64,000 bases of DNA from Smithella sp. (GCA_049517435.1 JBEKRZ010000001.1:409-64408), one strand, 5' to 3'. Positions 48,388 through 57,513 are shown, numbered from the stretch's first letter. The notes: a model not told the origin generated them from the letters alone. Translations and numbers: made by a program.

Positions 48388-49509
48388 ATGGAATCCAGAG
48401 TTGTTGTTGTTCATGCGGATATTGATCCTGTAAAAGGTATTGCCCGGCCGGGACCTCACCAGATGTACAAGAACCCCCGGATATCGGTGGAGGACCGAAA
48501 GTTACCGGTGCTCCGTCCGGACGAAATTCGGGTAAAAATGATATACGCCGGCATATGCGGAACGGACGTACATCTCGTGACCACGCATCCGGATACCGGC
48601 TATATAAGATGTTCATCTCCGGCTCAAATCACCGCTGCAGGCCGGGTCATCGGTCACGAGGGCATGGGCAGAGTTCTTGAAGTAGGCTCTCAAGTCCGCC
48701 ACGTGCAGCCAGGCACTTACGTCACATTTGAGTCTATTATAGTCTGCCATTACTGCGATGAGTGCAGAAGAGGAGACTTTAATCAATGTCGTCATGCGCT
48801 GCTGCTGGGATTGGAGAAAGATGGACTCTTCGGCGATATTGTCGATGTCCCGTCCATGCTTACCCACGACGTTAGCGATATGACGGGAAGTGAAAAGGGA
48901 CGGCAGGCAGCTGCCTGTGTGGAACCGGCGAGTGTCGCTTATGTGGCCTGCCAGAACACGCATCTGAAAGCTGGAGACGTTGTTGCCATCTTTGGCGCCG
49001 GTCCTATTGGATTATTTGCCGCCATGTTGAGCAAGGCTGTTTTCGGCGCCTCCCAGGTGCACATGGTTGAACCTGTTTTGTTCCGGCGAAAACTGGCCGG
49101 AAAATGGAGCGATGAGATCTACGACATTGATGAATTCTTTAACCATGGCCCATCATCTGTTGATGTCGTAATAGAGGCATCCGGAAACATGGTCAATATC
49201 AACAGGGTATTCCGCAGATTAAATGCCAACGGACGTGTCGCTATTCTCGGCAGGAGTGGTGAGCCTCTGTCATTGGATGCAGTGGACCACATGATTACCA
49301 ACGCGGTTTCTATAATAGGGTCGAGAGGGCATCTGGGCGGCGCATTTGCAAGAATTTTGACGTTGTACCGCAATGGAATCATATCCCTTGATGCTGCTGT
49401 AACCGGCATCATCAATGGTCCGGAGAAAATTTGTGATCTTTTAATTTCTCCGAAAAAGCTTCTTGAAGAAAACTGCAAGGTTTTAGTGAACTTTGATTGC
49501 AATGAGTAA
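48388..49509 (+). CDS. Zinc-dependent medium-chain dehydrogenase/reductase (threonine/sorbitol dehydrogenase-like).
   Basis: It has a catalytic Zn region (CGTDVH, GHEGMGRV), a structural Zn motif (CHYCDECRRGDFNQC) and a Rossmann motif (GAGPIGL). Confidence 0.85.
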   Translation: MESRVVVVHADIDPVKGIARPGPHQMYKNPRISVEDRKLPVLRPDEIRVKMIYAGICGTDVHLVTTHPDTGYIRCSSPAQITAAGRVIGHEGMGRVLEVGSQVRHVQPGTYVTFESIIVCHYCDECRRGDFNQCRHALLLGLEKDGLFGDIVDVPSMLTHDVSDMTGSEKGRQAAACVEPASVAYVACQNTHLKAGDVVAIFGAGPIGLFAAMLSKAVFGASQVHMVEPVLFRRKLAGKWSDEIYDIDEFFNHGPSSVDVVIEASGNMVNINRVFRRLNANGRVAILGRSGEPLSLDAVDHMITNAVSIIGSRGHLGGAFARILTLYRNGIISLDAAVTGIINGPEKICDLLISPKKLLEENCKVLVNFDCNE

Positions 49510-49566
49510 AAACTTTTCAGTTATGTAACTAATTCTTTTAGCACCGCAATGCTGGATACTATGCTC

Positions 49567-49618
49567 CAAATAGTAATCCTCAATTCTGAAAACTACCCTT
49601 TATTGAAACTTTGTAGGT
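49567..49618 (+). repeat. Direct repeat R1, flanking the TPR GT-C gene.
   Basis: CAAATAGTAATCCTCAATTCTGAAAACTACCCTTTATTGAAACTTTGTAGGT is roughly 80% identical by eye to 51813-51864. Confidence 0.75.
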
Positions 49619-49670
49619 GAAAGAAATAATTCTGACGGTTCGCAAATCGGATTTTTATTTCTTCCTTCCT

Positions 49671-49820
49671 GTAATGTTGTTTTTCGTATTTTCCTAATTT
49701 ATACAACATTTCAATCCGTAATAAACACAATTCACGCCCAACAAATATCGTCTTCTACCTTTAACATTTTGAGGCCATTATTTCCTTTGACATGCAAGAC
49801 CGTTTTTTTTATATTGCTTA
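49671..49820 (+). promoter_or_regulatory. Conserved promoter-leader element, copy B (upstream of the TPR GT-C gene).
   Basis: It is homologous to 26611-26740, with a ~24-nt insertion. It has TTGACA (49787-49792), a 17-nt spacer, and TATATT (49810-49815). Confidence 0.55.
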
Positions 49821-49901
49821 CCATTAGAATCGATAACAAAATATAGGATATATAGGGGATTGGGTTATTCTGTTTAATTGTTACGTGGAGATTCTCTATT
49901 A

Positions 49902-51785
49902 ATGAAGAAAAAATACATTTACCTTGTCGTAATATTTTTAATAGTTGCTTCTTTTATTGCGTATTGCCGAATTTTAGGGAATGGATTTATTAATTTTGAT
50001 GACATACAATACATTACCAAAAACAATCATATTAAATCAGGCATTAATCCTGAAAGTATTAAATGGGCGTTTAGTACTGTTGATCTATACTACTGGCAGC
50101 CACTTACTTGGCTTTCGCACATGTTGGATTGGAATTTGTTTAAGGATAATGCCGGTGGCTACCACTTAATCAGTTTGCTTCTGCATATAGGCAGTGTTCT
50201 CCTTCTATTTTTCTTTTTAAACAGGACGACAAATAATATTTGGCCTTCGGCCTTCGTTGCGGCTCTTTTTGCCCTGCATCCCCTGCGGGTTGAATCCGTA
50301 GCCTGGGCCGCCGAGCGCAAAGACGTTTTAAGTATGTTTTTCGGATTAGCGAGTATTTATGCCTATGCCTGTTATGTCGAAAATTTTAAAATTTCCCAAT
50401 ATATTATTTGTTTAATATTATTTGCGTTGAGTTTGATGGCTAAACCAATGCTGGTCACTTTGCCTTTTGTTTTGTTGCTTCTTGATTATTGGCCGCTGGG
50501 CCGATGGCAAAAGGTTCTCACTCCAGTAGAAGTGCCGATAGATGCTACTGAAAGAGCACCGAAGAAAAAAGCTAAAAAGCGTAAAGCCGATTCTATTAAC
50601 GAGAAAAAAAAATTCATACCGCTGACGAGCAGTTATCAAATAATTCGCTCTCTTTTATGGGAAAAGGCGCCTTTTATTTTCTTAACCATCATTTCAAGTA
50701 TTGTGACTATCTGGGGTCAAAATAAATTCGGCGTGGTTGTTTCCATGGAAAATCTGCCCTTTTCTGCACGTGTTCAGAACGCGGTCATTTCTTATGTTTC
50801 TTATTTAGGAAAAACTTTTTGGCCGGTTGACCTGGCCATATTTTATCCATATGAATACACTTTTCCGTTCTGGAAAATCTTAGCTTCTTGCTTCATCTTT
50901 ATTGGCATTACCATTGTTGTGATTTATGCTATTAAGAAATTGCCTTTTTTATTCGTCGGTTGGTTTTTGTATTTGGGAACTCTGATTCCCGTAATTGGGT
51001 TCGTGCAGGTCGCCACACAATCGATAGCCGACCGCTTTACTTATCTACCCTCTATCGGCATTGCTGTTATGCTGGCCTGGGGTATTCCGTCTTTGATTAA
51101 GAATGAAGAAACACGCAAAAATATTTTGTTACCGGTAGGAATATTCGTCTTAGTTATCTTATCCGCTTTAACGTGGCATCAATGCGGTTATTGGAAAAAC
51201 AGTATTGAACTTTTCAGTCACACTTTGCAGGTAACAAAAGATAATGCTCAGGCGCATAACAATTTTGGCCTTGCCCTGTTTGTCGAAGGAAAAATAGAAG
51301 AGGCTATTTTTCATTATAACGAGGCCATCTGTATAAAACCGGATCGCTTATATTATTCAAACAGGGGGGATGCTTACCGTAAGTTAGGCCAGTATCAACG
51401 TGCCATCGAGGACTATAATGAAGCCATCCGCCTGAAACCGGATTTCAATGCCTACTACGACAGGGGGAATGCTTATGAGGATCTCGGTCAGCATCAACAG
51501 GCCATCGAAGATTATAATGAAGCCATCCGCCTGAAACCGGATTTCAATGCCTACTACAACAGAGGGAATGCTTACACTAAGTTAAACCAGTATCAACTTG
51601 CCTTGAAGGACTATAATGAAGTCATCCGCCTGAATCCGGATTATGCCGAAGCCTACAACAACCTGGGAGTTGTCTATTTTATACAGGGCAACAAAAATCT
51701 TGGCTGTCGTAATGCGCAAAAAGCATGTGAATTAGGAAAGTGCAAAATATTAGAAATGGTCACAGGCAAGGGGGACTGCCGTTAA
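49902..51785 (+). CDS. GT-C fold membrane glycosyltransferase fused to C-terminal TPR repeats (TMTC/PMT_2-like).
   Basis: The N-terminal multi-TM domain begins with an FDD motif (NGFINFDDIQYI). The C-terminus has 5-6 TPR units with repeated AIEDYNEAIRLKPDFNAYY. The ATG at 49902 is preferred over the TTG at 49878. Confidence 0.8.
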   Translation: MKKKYIYLVVIFLIVASFIAYCRILGNGFINFDDIQYITKNNHIKSGINPESIKWAFSTVDLYYWQPLTWLSHMLDWNLFKDNAGGYHLISLLLHIGSVLLLFFFLNRTTNNIWPSAFVAALFALHPLRVESVAWAAERKDVLSMFFGLASIYAYACYVENFKISQYIICLILFALSLMAKPMLVTLPFVLLLLDYWPLGRWQKVLTPVEVPIDATERAPKKKAKKRKADSINEKKKFIPLTSSYQIIRSLLWEKAPFIFLTIISSIVTIWGQNKFGVVVSMENLPFSARVQNAVISYVSYLGKTFWPVDLAIFYPYEYTFPFWKILASCFIFIGITIVVIYAIKKLPFLFVGWFLYLGTLIPVIGFVQVATQSIADRFTYLPSIGIAVMLAWGIPSLIKNEETRKNILLPVGIFVLVILSALTWHQCGYWKNSIELFSHTLQVTKDNAQAHNNFGLALFVEGKIEEAIFHYNEAICIKPDRLYYSNRGDAYRKLGQYQRAIEDYNEAIRLKPDFNAYYDRGNAYEDLGQHQQAIEDYNEAIRLKPDFNAYYNRGNAYTKLNQYQLALKDYNEVIRLNPDYAEAYNNLGVVYFIQGNKNLGCRNAQKACELGKCKILEMVTGKGDCR

Positions 51786-51812
51786 TTTGAAGGGGGACTC
51801 TAAAACTGATTA

Positions 51813-51864
51813 CAAATGGTAATCCTCAATTCTAACAATATCTCTTTACTGAAACTTTGTAGGT
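51813..51864 (+). repeat. Direct repeat R2, flanking the TPR GT-C gene.
   Basis: CAAATGGTAATCCTCAATTCTAACAATATCTCTTTACTGAAACTTTGTAGGT. It is followed at 51883-51899 by TGTGAAGTAATTGTGAA, which is also present at 25691-25707 next to attL. Confidence 0.75.
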
Positions 51865-51912
51865 ATAAGATTGATTTCAACTGTGAAGTAATTGTGAACC
51901 TAACAAAACAGA

Positions 51913-51960
51913 ACAAGGGGTAACAACCTCGAAGATGCTACCCCTTGTCACTTGATTTTT
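51913..51960 (+). terminator. Candidate intrinsic terminator near the island's right end.
   Basis: A 10-bp stem ACAAGGGGTA / TACCCCTTGT with a 16-nt loop, followed by CACTTGATTTTT. Confidence 0.4.
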
Positions 51961-52019
51961 CCTAATAGAAATGATAAACATTTAAGAAAAGATAAATTAA
52001 CGTTTTAATTTCCAGATAA

Positions 52020-52065
52020 CTGCAAAACCGTTATTCCCCGGTTCAAGTCCGGGTGTCGCCTCCAA
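52020..52065 (+). repeat. attR: displaced copy of the tRNA-Cys 3' part (anticodon loop to CCA).
   Basis: CTGCAAAACCGTTATTCCCCGGTTCAAGTCCGGGTGTCGCCTCCAA has one mismatch to 25597-25642. Weaker similarity continues for about 20 nt, and both copies are followed by a hairpin and a T-run. Confidence 0.9.
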
Positions 52066-52190
52066 TGATATTTGAGGAGTTTACTTACTTTTTTATGAAA
52101 GTAACTCCTTTTTTTTGAGTAGAGTCCCATCAGGCAGGAACTGGATGCTCCTTATAATAGTGAGACCAAAGCTTCATAAACAAAGTGCAT

Positions 52191-52372
52191 AACCTGAAGA
52201 TCATCTACAACTGAAGCTTGCAGGTTGAATGAATGAAACTCAAATATTACAAACATCGTACCGCAATATTTGTAAGTTGAATTCATCCCGCTAAGCAGAG
52301 GATAACGCGACCTCTCGCGAGTTACGGCGCATTCCTTCCACGGTTGGAGCAGGGGGATTCCAAGTTGCGGGA
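52191..52372 (-). repeat. Degenerate modular hairpin repeat, just outside attR.
   Basis: It contains ATGAAACTCAAATATTACAAACATCGTACCGCAATATTTGTAAGTTGAA, the reverse-complement homologue of the module at 22006-22052, plus further short hairpins. Confidence 0.6.
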
Positions 52373-52541
52373 TTAAAATAGTAACAATATTTCCTGATCT
52401 ATCAAATAAACACTAATTATAATAATACCTTAAGCTAGTTATGGAGAATTAAAATCTTTCAAGTATTTGATATTTTTTAGCCTAAAATACGCTCGTTCTC
52501 TATTCATCCTCATCAATTAATTATTCAAAAGGTATTAATTA

Positions 52542-52570
52542 TTGACTAAAGGTATAAATAATGATATAAT
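52542..52570 (+). promoter_or_regulatory. Near-consensus sigma70-type promoter of carD.
   Basis: TTGACT (52542-52547), then a 17-nt spacer, then TATAAT (52565-52570). It lies about 38 nt upstream of the carD ATG. Confidence 0.6.
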
Positions 52571-52607
52571 ATTTTTTTTATGATTCTAGAAAGGCAGGGA
52601 AAGAAGA

Positions 52608-53093
52608 ATGTTTAAAGTAGGGGATTTGGCAGTATATCCAGCTCATGGTGTCGGAGTCATTGAAGCTATTGAAAACAGGGAGGTAATGGGTAAAAAACAG
52701 CCCTTTTATGTTATGAAAATTATGGGTAACGGCATGAGAATAATGATTCCGATGATGAGTGTTAAGGCGGTCGGATTGCGTGAAATAATTTTAGAAAAGG
52801 AAATACCCAAGGTATATGAAATTCTGCGTAATAAAGACGTTACTATCGACAAGCAAACCTGGAATAAGCGTTATAGGGAATATCTCGAAAGAATAAAAAC
52901 TGGTTCAGTATTTGAAATTGCCAGCGTTTTAAGGGATTTATTTATCTTAAAAAGCGATAAGAACCTTTCCTTCGGGGAAAGAAAAATGATGGATACGGCT
53001 AAAAATTTGCTGGTCAAAGAAATCTCTGTGGCTACCAATGCTCAAGAAGCTGAAGTTGAACACGACTTGCAAATGATCTTCACAGTACAATAA
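52608..53093 (+). CDS. carD: CarD/CdnL family RNA-polymerase-binding transcription regulator.
   Basis: It has an N-terminal MFKVGDLAVYPAHGVGVIEAIE (Tudor-like RID) and a length of about 160 aa. Confidence 0.88.
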   Translation: MFKVGDLAVYPAHGVGVIEAIENREVMGKKQPFYVMKIMGNGMRIMIPMMSVKAVGLREIILEKEIPKVYEILRNKDVTIDKQTWNKRYREYLERIKTGSVFEIASVLRDLFILKSDKNLSFGERKMMDTAKNLLVKEISVATNAQEAEVEHDLQMIFTVQ

Positions 53094-53100
53094 CTCTCGC

Positions 53101-53197
53101 TTATTTGTGAAACTCCAATTCCGAAGCGGAGGGTATAATAACCCCGCAGCGTTATGCGAAACGTTTCCAAAGCTTGCTTCAGGGTTCATACCCGTGA
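53101..53197 (-). repeat. Modular hairpin repeat, short copy.
   Basis: TTATTTGTGAAACTCCAATTCCGAAGCGGAGGGTATAATAACCCCGCAGCG...CAAAGCTTGCTTCAGGGTTCATACCCGTGA. Confidence 0.85.
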
Positions 53198-53362
53198 TTT
53201 AATTCTTAACAACAGCTCTTTGAAAATTGAAAATAGGCAGATTACTTTTCCTTATTTAAGGGAAACCGTAAATTTTGCCTCCATATTTTTTTACTTGAAT
53301 ATTGTTAGTTTGAAAAAAAGCTTAATGTCGATACAAGTTAATACAATATTAATAGAAAGGAG

Positions 53363-54379
53363 GTGAGGCGGTTGATCGTTAGGGTTATCTTAATCTTGGC
53401 ATGTTCTATAAGTGGTTACGCTATTGCGTATTATACATCTGAGTCAAATTCTTATTTGATTCTTGAATCAATTGGCGGCTTTATTATTGGATTTTTGCTC
53501 GCATTATTAGTTATAAAAATTGAAAAGGACATCCGTAAATTATCTATCAAGGTTATCATTGGCGGCGTAGTAGGAATGATAGTCGGTTTGGTAATTGCTT
53601 TAATATTAGGTTTTGGTTTAAACTTTGTTAGTAAGATAAGGGATAATCAACAAACGGTTCCTTGGATTTATTTGCTAATAACAGGAATCTTCGGCTACCT
53701 CGGTCTTGTTTTAGGATCAAAAAAAGTAGAAGAATTTAATTTTCATGGTGCCGACTCTAAAATTAATCCTGATCATCGCATTCTGGATACCAGTGTAATA
53801 ATTGAAGGGAGAATCGCTGATATTTGTGACAGTGGATTTATTGAAGGGAATTTGATTGTTCCACGTTTTGTTTTGAATGAATTGCAGCTTGTGGCCGATT
53901 CTTCCGATTCGATGAAACGATTGCGGGGGAGGCGTGGGCTCGATGTCCTGAATCATATGCAAAAAATATCATCTATAAACATTGAAATAGTTGAGCAGGA
54001 TTTTCCCAAAATAAAAGGAGTGGATGGCAAACTGGTAGCTTTGGCCAAGCAGCTCAACGCTAAGCTTCTGACCAATGATTATAATTTAAACAAAGTGGCC
54101 GAATTACAGGGTATCAGGGTGCTGAATATCAATGAGTTGGCTAATGCCATGAAACCTGTTGTGCTTCCCGGAGAGCAGATGACCGTTAAAATCATTCGTG
54201 AAGGCAAAGAGTTGGGGCAGGGTGTTGCTTATCTTGATGATGGAACGATGATTATTGTTGATAATGCTCAGAAAATGCTCAACATGAATGTTAAAGTGAC
54301 AGTGACCAGTGTCCTGCAAACGACTGCCGGCCGAATGATTTTTACAGAATTAAAAGAAGCGGCAGATAAAAGGAATTAA
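53363..54379 (+). CDS. yacL: Membrane-anchored PIN + TRAM domain protein (YacL-like).
   Basis: It has 4 N-terminal TM helices, a PIN domain (ILDTSVIIEGRI...LTNDYNL) and a C-terminal TRAM. The position upstream of ispD is conserved. The start is probably the TTG at 53372, after AAGGAGG. Confidence 0.8.
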   Translation: MRRLIVRVILILACSISGYAIAYYTSESNSYLILESIGGFIIGFLLALLVIKIEKDIRKLSIKVIIGGVVGMIVGLVIALILGFGLNFVSKIRDNQQTVPWIYLLITGIFGYLGLVLGSKKVEEFNFHGADSKINPDHRILDTSVIIEGRIADICDSGFIEGNLIVPRFVLNELQLVADSSDSMKRLRGRRGLDVLNHMQKISSINIEIVEQDFPKIKGVDGKLVALAKQLNAKLLTNDYNLNKVAELQGIRVLNINELANAMKPVVLPGEQMTVKIIREGKELGQGVAYLDDGTMIIVDNAQKMLNMNVKVTVTSVLQTTAGRMIFTELKEAADKRN

Positions 54380-54425
54380 CAAAACATTAAGATTCCTTTT
54401 TAATGTTTTAAAAAAATACTAAAAA

Positions 54426-54457
54426 GGCTCGGGAAAATAATTTTCCGAGCCTTTTTT
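54426..54457 (+). terminator. Intrinsic terminator after yacL.
   Basis: GGCTCGGGAAAATAATTTTCCGAGCC followed by TTTTTT. Confidence 0.7.
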
Positions 54458-54517
54458 ATGAACTATTTCTTTTTTAAATTAAAAATGGTATCAAAGATTT
54501 AGAGTAGGAATTAATTT

Positions 54518-55714
54518 ATGAAGACAATAGCAATAATCCTCGCCGGTGGAGCAGGAAAAAGATTAAAAGCTCATGTGGCTAAACAGTATCTTTTCCTAGA
54601 TCATATGCCGGTGTTGGTCCATACTCTCAAAGTATTTCAGAAATCTAAAGTGATAGATAATATTATTTTGGCTCTGCCACCGGATGATTTGGTTTCAGTC
54701 CGGCAAGAGTTAATAGATAAATATGGCTTAACGAAAGTTACAACTATCGTTGCCGGTGGCAAGAAACGTCAGGATTCCGTGAGAAATGGTTTGGAGGCTA
54801 TTAGCGGTAAATGTGATGTAGTAGTTATCCATGACGCGGTACGGCCATTTGTTACTCAAAAATTGATTATACAGGTTGTTGCTGCCGCGAAAACAACAGG
54901 TGCGGCATCAGCCGGTGTAGAGGCCAAAGACACCATAAAAGAAACAAAAAAATATAATATGGTCGCAGCTACAATTCCCCGGCAGAATTTGTGGATGACG
55001 CAAACACCTCAGGCATTTAAGTTTGAACTTTTGAAAAAAGCATATATGACGGCCTATGATAAAAAATTTTATGGCACTGACGACGCGTCTTTGGTAGAGC
55101 GAATTGGAAAGAAAGTAAAAATGATTGAAGGTTCTTATGAAAACATTAAAATTACAACTTCCGAAGACCTGATTATGGCTGAAGCTCTGATGAAAAAGAA
55201 AATGGGAAGTAAAATTAATTCTCGCAATGGATTTGGTTATGATAGCCACAGATTTGCTTCCAACAGAAGGCTTATTTTAGGCGGCGTGAAAATTCCTTTC
55301 GATAAAGGCCTTCAGGGACATTCCGATGCCGATGCACTCACTCACGCTATTTGTGACGCGCTGCTTGGTGCGGCGGGATGCGGTGATATCGGCAGACACT
55401 TTCCCGATAGCGATCTCGAGTACAAAAATATTTCCAGCCTAATCCTTTTGGAAAAAGTAAAAAAAATAATCGAAGCAAGGGGATTTTCAATTAACAATGT
55501 TGATGCTACTGTTGTAATGGAAATGCCCAAGCTTGCGCCTTATGCCGCTCAAATGGTTTCTAATATTGCCCTTGCTTTGGATATTCCTGAAGCTTCTGTG
55601 AACATTAAAGCCAAGACAAACGAAGGCATGGGCTTTACAGGAAGAAATGAAGGAATAGCCGCATTTGCTACGGCCACATTATCAGAAGGGAAAGAAGATG
55701 GCTCTAAAGCCTAG
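54518..55714 (+). CDS. ispDF: Bifunctional 2-C-methyl-D-erythritol 4-phosphate cytidylyltransferase / MEcPP synthase.
   Basis: The IspD N-terminus has AIILAGGAGKRL. The IspF C-terminus has GYDSHRF and HSDADALTHA. Confidence 0.93.
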   Translation: MKTIAIILAGGAGKRLKAHVAKQYLFLDHMPVLVHTLKVFQKSKVIDNIILALPPDDLVSVRQELIDKYGLTKVTTIVAGGKKRQDSVRNGLEAISGKCDVVVIHDAVRPFVTQKLIIQVVAAAKTTGAASAGVEAKDTIKETKKYNMVAATIPRQNLWMTQTPQAFKFELLKKAYMTAYDKKFYGTDDASLVERIGKKVKMIEGSYENIKITTSEDLIMAEALMKKKMGSKINSRNGFGYDSHRFASNRRLILGGVKIPFDKGLQGHSDADALTHAICDALLGAAGCGDIGRHFPDSDLEYKNISSLILLEKVKKIIEARGFSINNVDATVVMEMPKLAPYAAQMVSNIALALDIPEASVNIKAKTNEGMGFTGRNEGIAAFATATLSEGKEDGSKA

Positions 55715-57137
55715 AGTGAGATTTGCGCCGTCTCCTACGGGAGAACTTCATGTAGGCAATGCGCGCACAGCACTTTTTAACTGGATGTTTGCCCGTCATC
55801 ATGGCGGTTCTTTTATCCTGCGCATCGAAGATACCGACGAATCACGCAGCGCCCTATCTTATCAGGTAAATCTGCTTAATGATTTGAGCTGGCTGGGACT
55901 GGATTGGGACGAAGGCCAACAAAAAAACGGCTCTTACGGACCTTACAAACAGAGCGAACGCCTAGATATATACAAAAAACATCTACAGAAGCTTATAGAC
56001 GCTGATTTGGTTTATCCATGCTACTGCACTGAAGAAGAACTGGAAGAAGAGCGTCAAGCGTTGATCCTAAGCAAGCGTATGCCACGTTACATGGGTAAAT
56101 GCAGAAATCTTACGATAGATGAAATAAAAAAGCTGGAAGCAGAAGGAAGAAAACATTCATTTCGCTTTAAGGTTAAGCCACAAGTCATTGAATTTGAAGA
56201 TTTAATTCGTGGGGAGATGAAATTTGAAGGGGAAGCTATCGGTGATTTCATTATTGTCCGCTCCAATGGTATGCCCGCCTACAATTTCGCTGTCGTTATT
56301 GATGATCACCTCATGGGCATTACACATGTGATCCGCGGTGAAGATCATTTATCCAATACCGCGTTGCAGATAATGCTCTACAAGGCTTTTAGTTTTGTAC
56401 CGCCTACTTTCGTACACCATTGCTTAATTCTGGGTAAAGACCGCGCCAAGCTCAGCAAACGCCACGGTTCTGTTTCTGTCGGTGAATTCCGCAAGCAGGG
56501 AATTTTACCGGAGGCACTGATTAATTATCTGGGACTTCTGGGAAGTTCTTTCACAGATGGCCGAGAAGTATTAACCCGTGAGGAAATGATTACCGGATTC
56601 GCGTTAGAGCGCGCCTCTAAAAGCGGCGCAATATTTGATGAAGAAAAACTCCACTGGCTCAACGCAATTTATATCAGAAATTGCAAAACGGAAGATTTGG
56701 TCGATCGGCTTAGACCATTTTTAGAACAGGCAGGTTATAAAACTGCCGCTATAGATGCAAAATGGCTCAATGAGGTTATTAAACTGCTAAAAACTGAATT
56801 GACTACACTTGCCGAAATCGGCAGTCACATAGACATATTTTTTGATGATAAGTACGGAATCACTGTCGAGGCAAAACAAATATTGGAGAAGGAAAACGCC
56901 GCTCAGATAGTCAAAGTGTTCGGCGAGTATATAAAAACTGCCGCTGACAATCCGCAGGAAAACTATTTAGGTGCCATTAAATACACAAAAGAAAAAACAG
57001 GTGCAAAAGGTAAGGATTTATTCATGCCCATCCGCGCGGCGCTCACGGGCAAAGTCCACGGACCGGAACTCGATAAAGTATTTGCTATTCTGGGAAAGGA
57101 TACAGTTTTAAAGAGACTGAAATCTTTTAGTGGCTAA
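55698..57137 (+). CDS. gltX: Glutamate--tRNA ligase.
   Basis: The start is re-set to the ATG at 55698 (MALKPRVRFAPSPTGELHVGNART, a HIGH-type motif). It has KLSKRHG (KMSKS) and overlaps the ispDF stop by 17 nt. Confidence 0.93.
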   Translation: MALKPRVRFAPSPTGELHVGNARTALFNWMFARHHGGSFILRIEDTDESRSALSYQVNLLNDLSWLGLDWDEGQQKNGSYGPYKQSERLDIYKKHLQKLIDADLVYPCYCTEEELEEERQALILSKRMPRYMGKCRNLTIDEIKKLEAEGRKHSFRFKVKPQVIEFEDLIRGEMKFEGEAIGDFIIVRSNGMPAYNFAVVIDDHLMGITHVIRGEDHLSNTALQIMLYKAFSFVPPTFVHHCLILGKDRAKLSKRHGSVSVGEFRKQGILPEALINYLGLLGSSFTDGREVLTREEMITGFALERASKSGAIFDEEKLHWLNAIYIRNCKTEDLVDRLRPFLEQAGYKTAAIDAKWLNEVIKLLKTELTTLAEIGSHIDIFFDDKYGITVEAKQILEKENAAQIVKVFGEYIKTAADNPQENYLGAIKYTKEKTGAKGKDLFMPIRAALTGKVHGPELDKVFAILGKDTVLKRLKSFSG

Positions 57138-57498
57138 CCACTTTTCTGTGTTTTCTTATGGCGATAGTATAAAAAATTACGTTTACAACAATTACGATCC
57201 CGCCTAATAATTGTTGAGATTCATTTGTCAAATTTTCAGGGTAGATTACAGGAATAAGATATCGAGCGATAAAGTCGCCGTTATATGAGCTCTCGCCCGC
57301 GAGCAGGCGGAAGTGATTTTCGAGCGGTGTTAGAGGACAAATCCAACCGAAGATTTCCACGACTACTCCCCAGACTGCCGCCGGAAGGTGAACAAAAGCC
57401 ATTCGCAGCCAACGGATTACCAGCAAACCGCCGCAGACAACAAACGCAATAAATAGGAAATGCGCCAGAACAATAATATTGGCAAGTAAGTTGTACAC
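57127..57498 (-). CDS. DUF2784-family small membrane protein.
   Basis: It has four TM helices. The conserved CPLTPLENHFR segment is typical of the family as I recall it. Confidence 0.6.
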   Translation of the reverse strand: MYNLLANIIVLAHFLFIAFVVCGGLLVIRWLRMAFVHLPAAVWGVVVEIFGWICPLTPLENHFRLLAGESSYNGDFIARYLIPVIYPENLTNESQQLLGGIVIVVNVIFYTIAIRKHRKVVSH

Positions 57499-57513
57499 AT
57501 CTGCCCCAAAATA

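Larger units (their letters stand above)
25642..52065. mobile_element. Roughly 26.4-kb genomic island integrated at tRNA-Cys (degraded, probably immobile).
   Basis: The 46-nt stretch 25597-25642 (anticodon loop to CCA+1) is repeated at 52020-52065 with one mismatch. An integrase C-terminal remnant abuts the tRNA. The cargo is accessory glycan-modification genes, and the core-genome hairpin repeat family was not seen inside. Confidence 0.8.

Noticed and set aside
52947-53189. 80-aa minus-strand ORF overlapping the carD 3' end.
   Set aside because: Its ATG is the ATGAACCC of the conserved repeat terminus, and it runs antisense into carD. It is an artefact of the repeat sequence. The same logic applies to ORF 11358..11696 across the tandem repeats.
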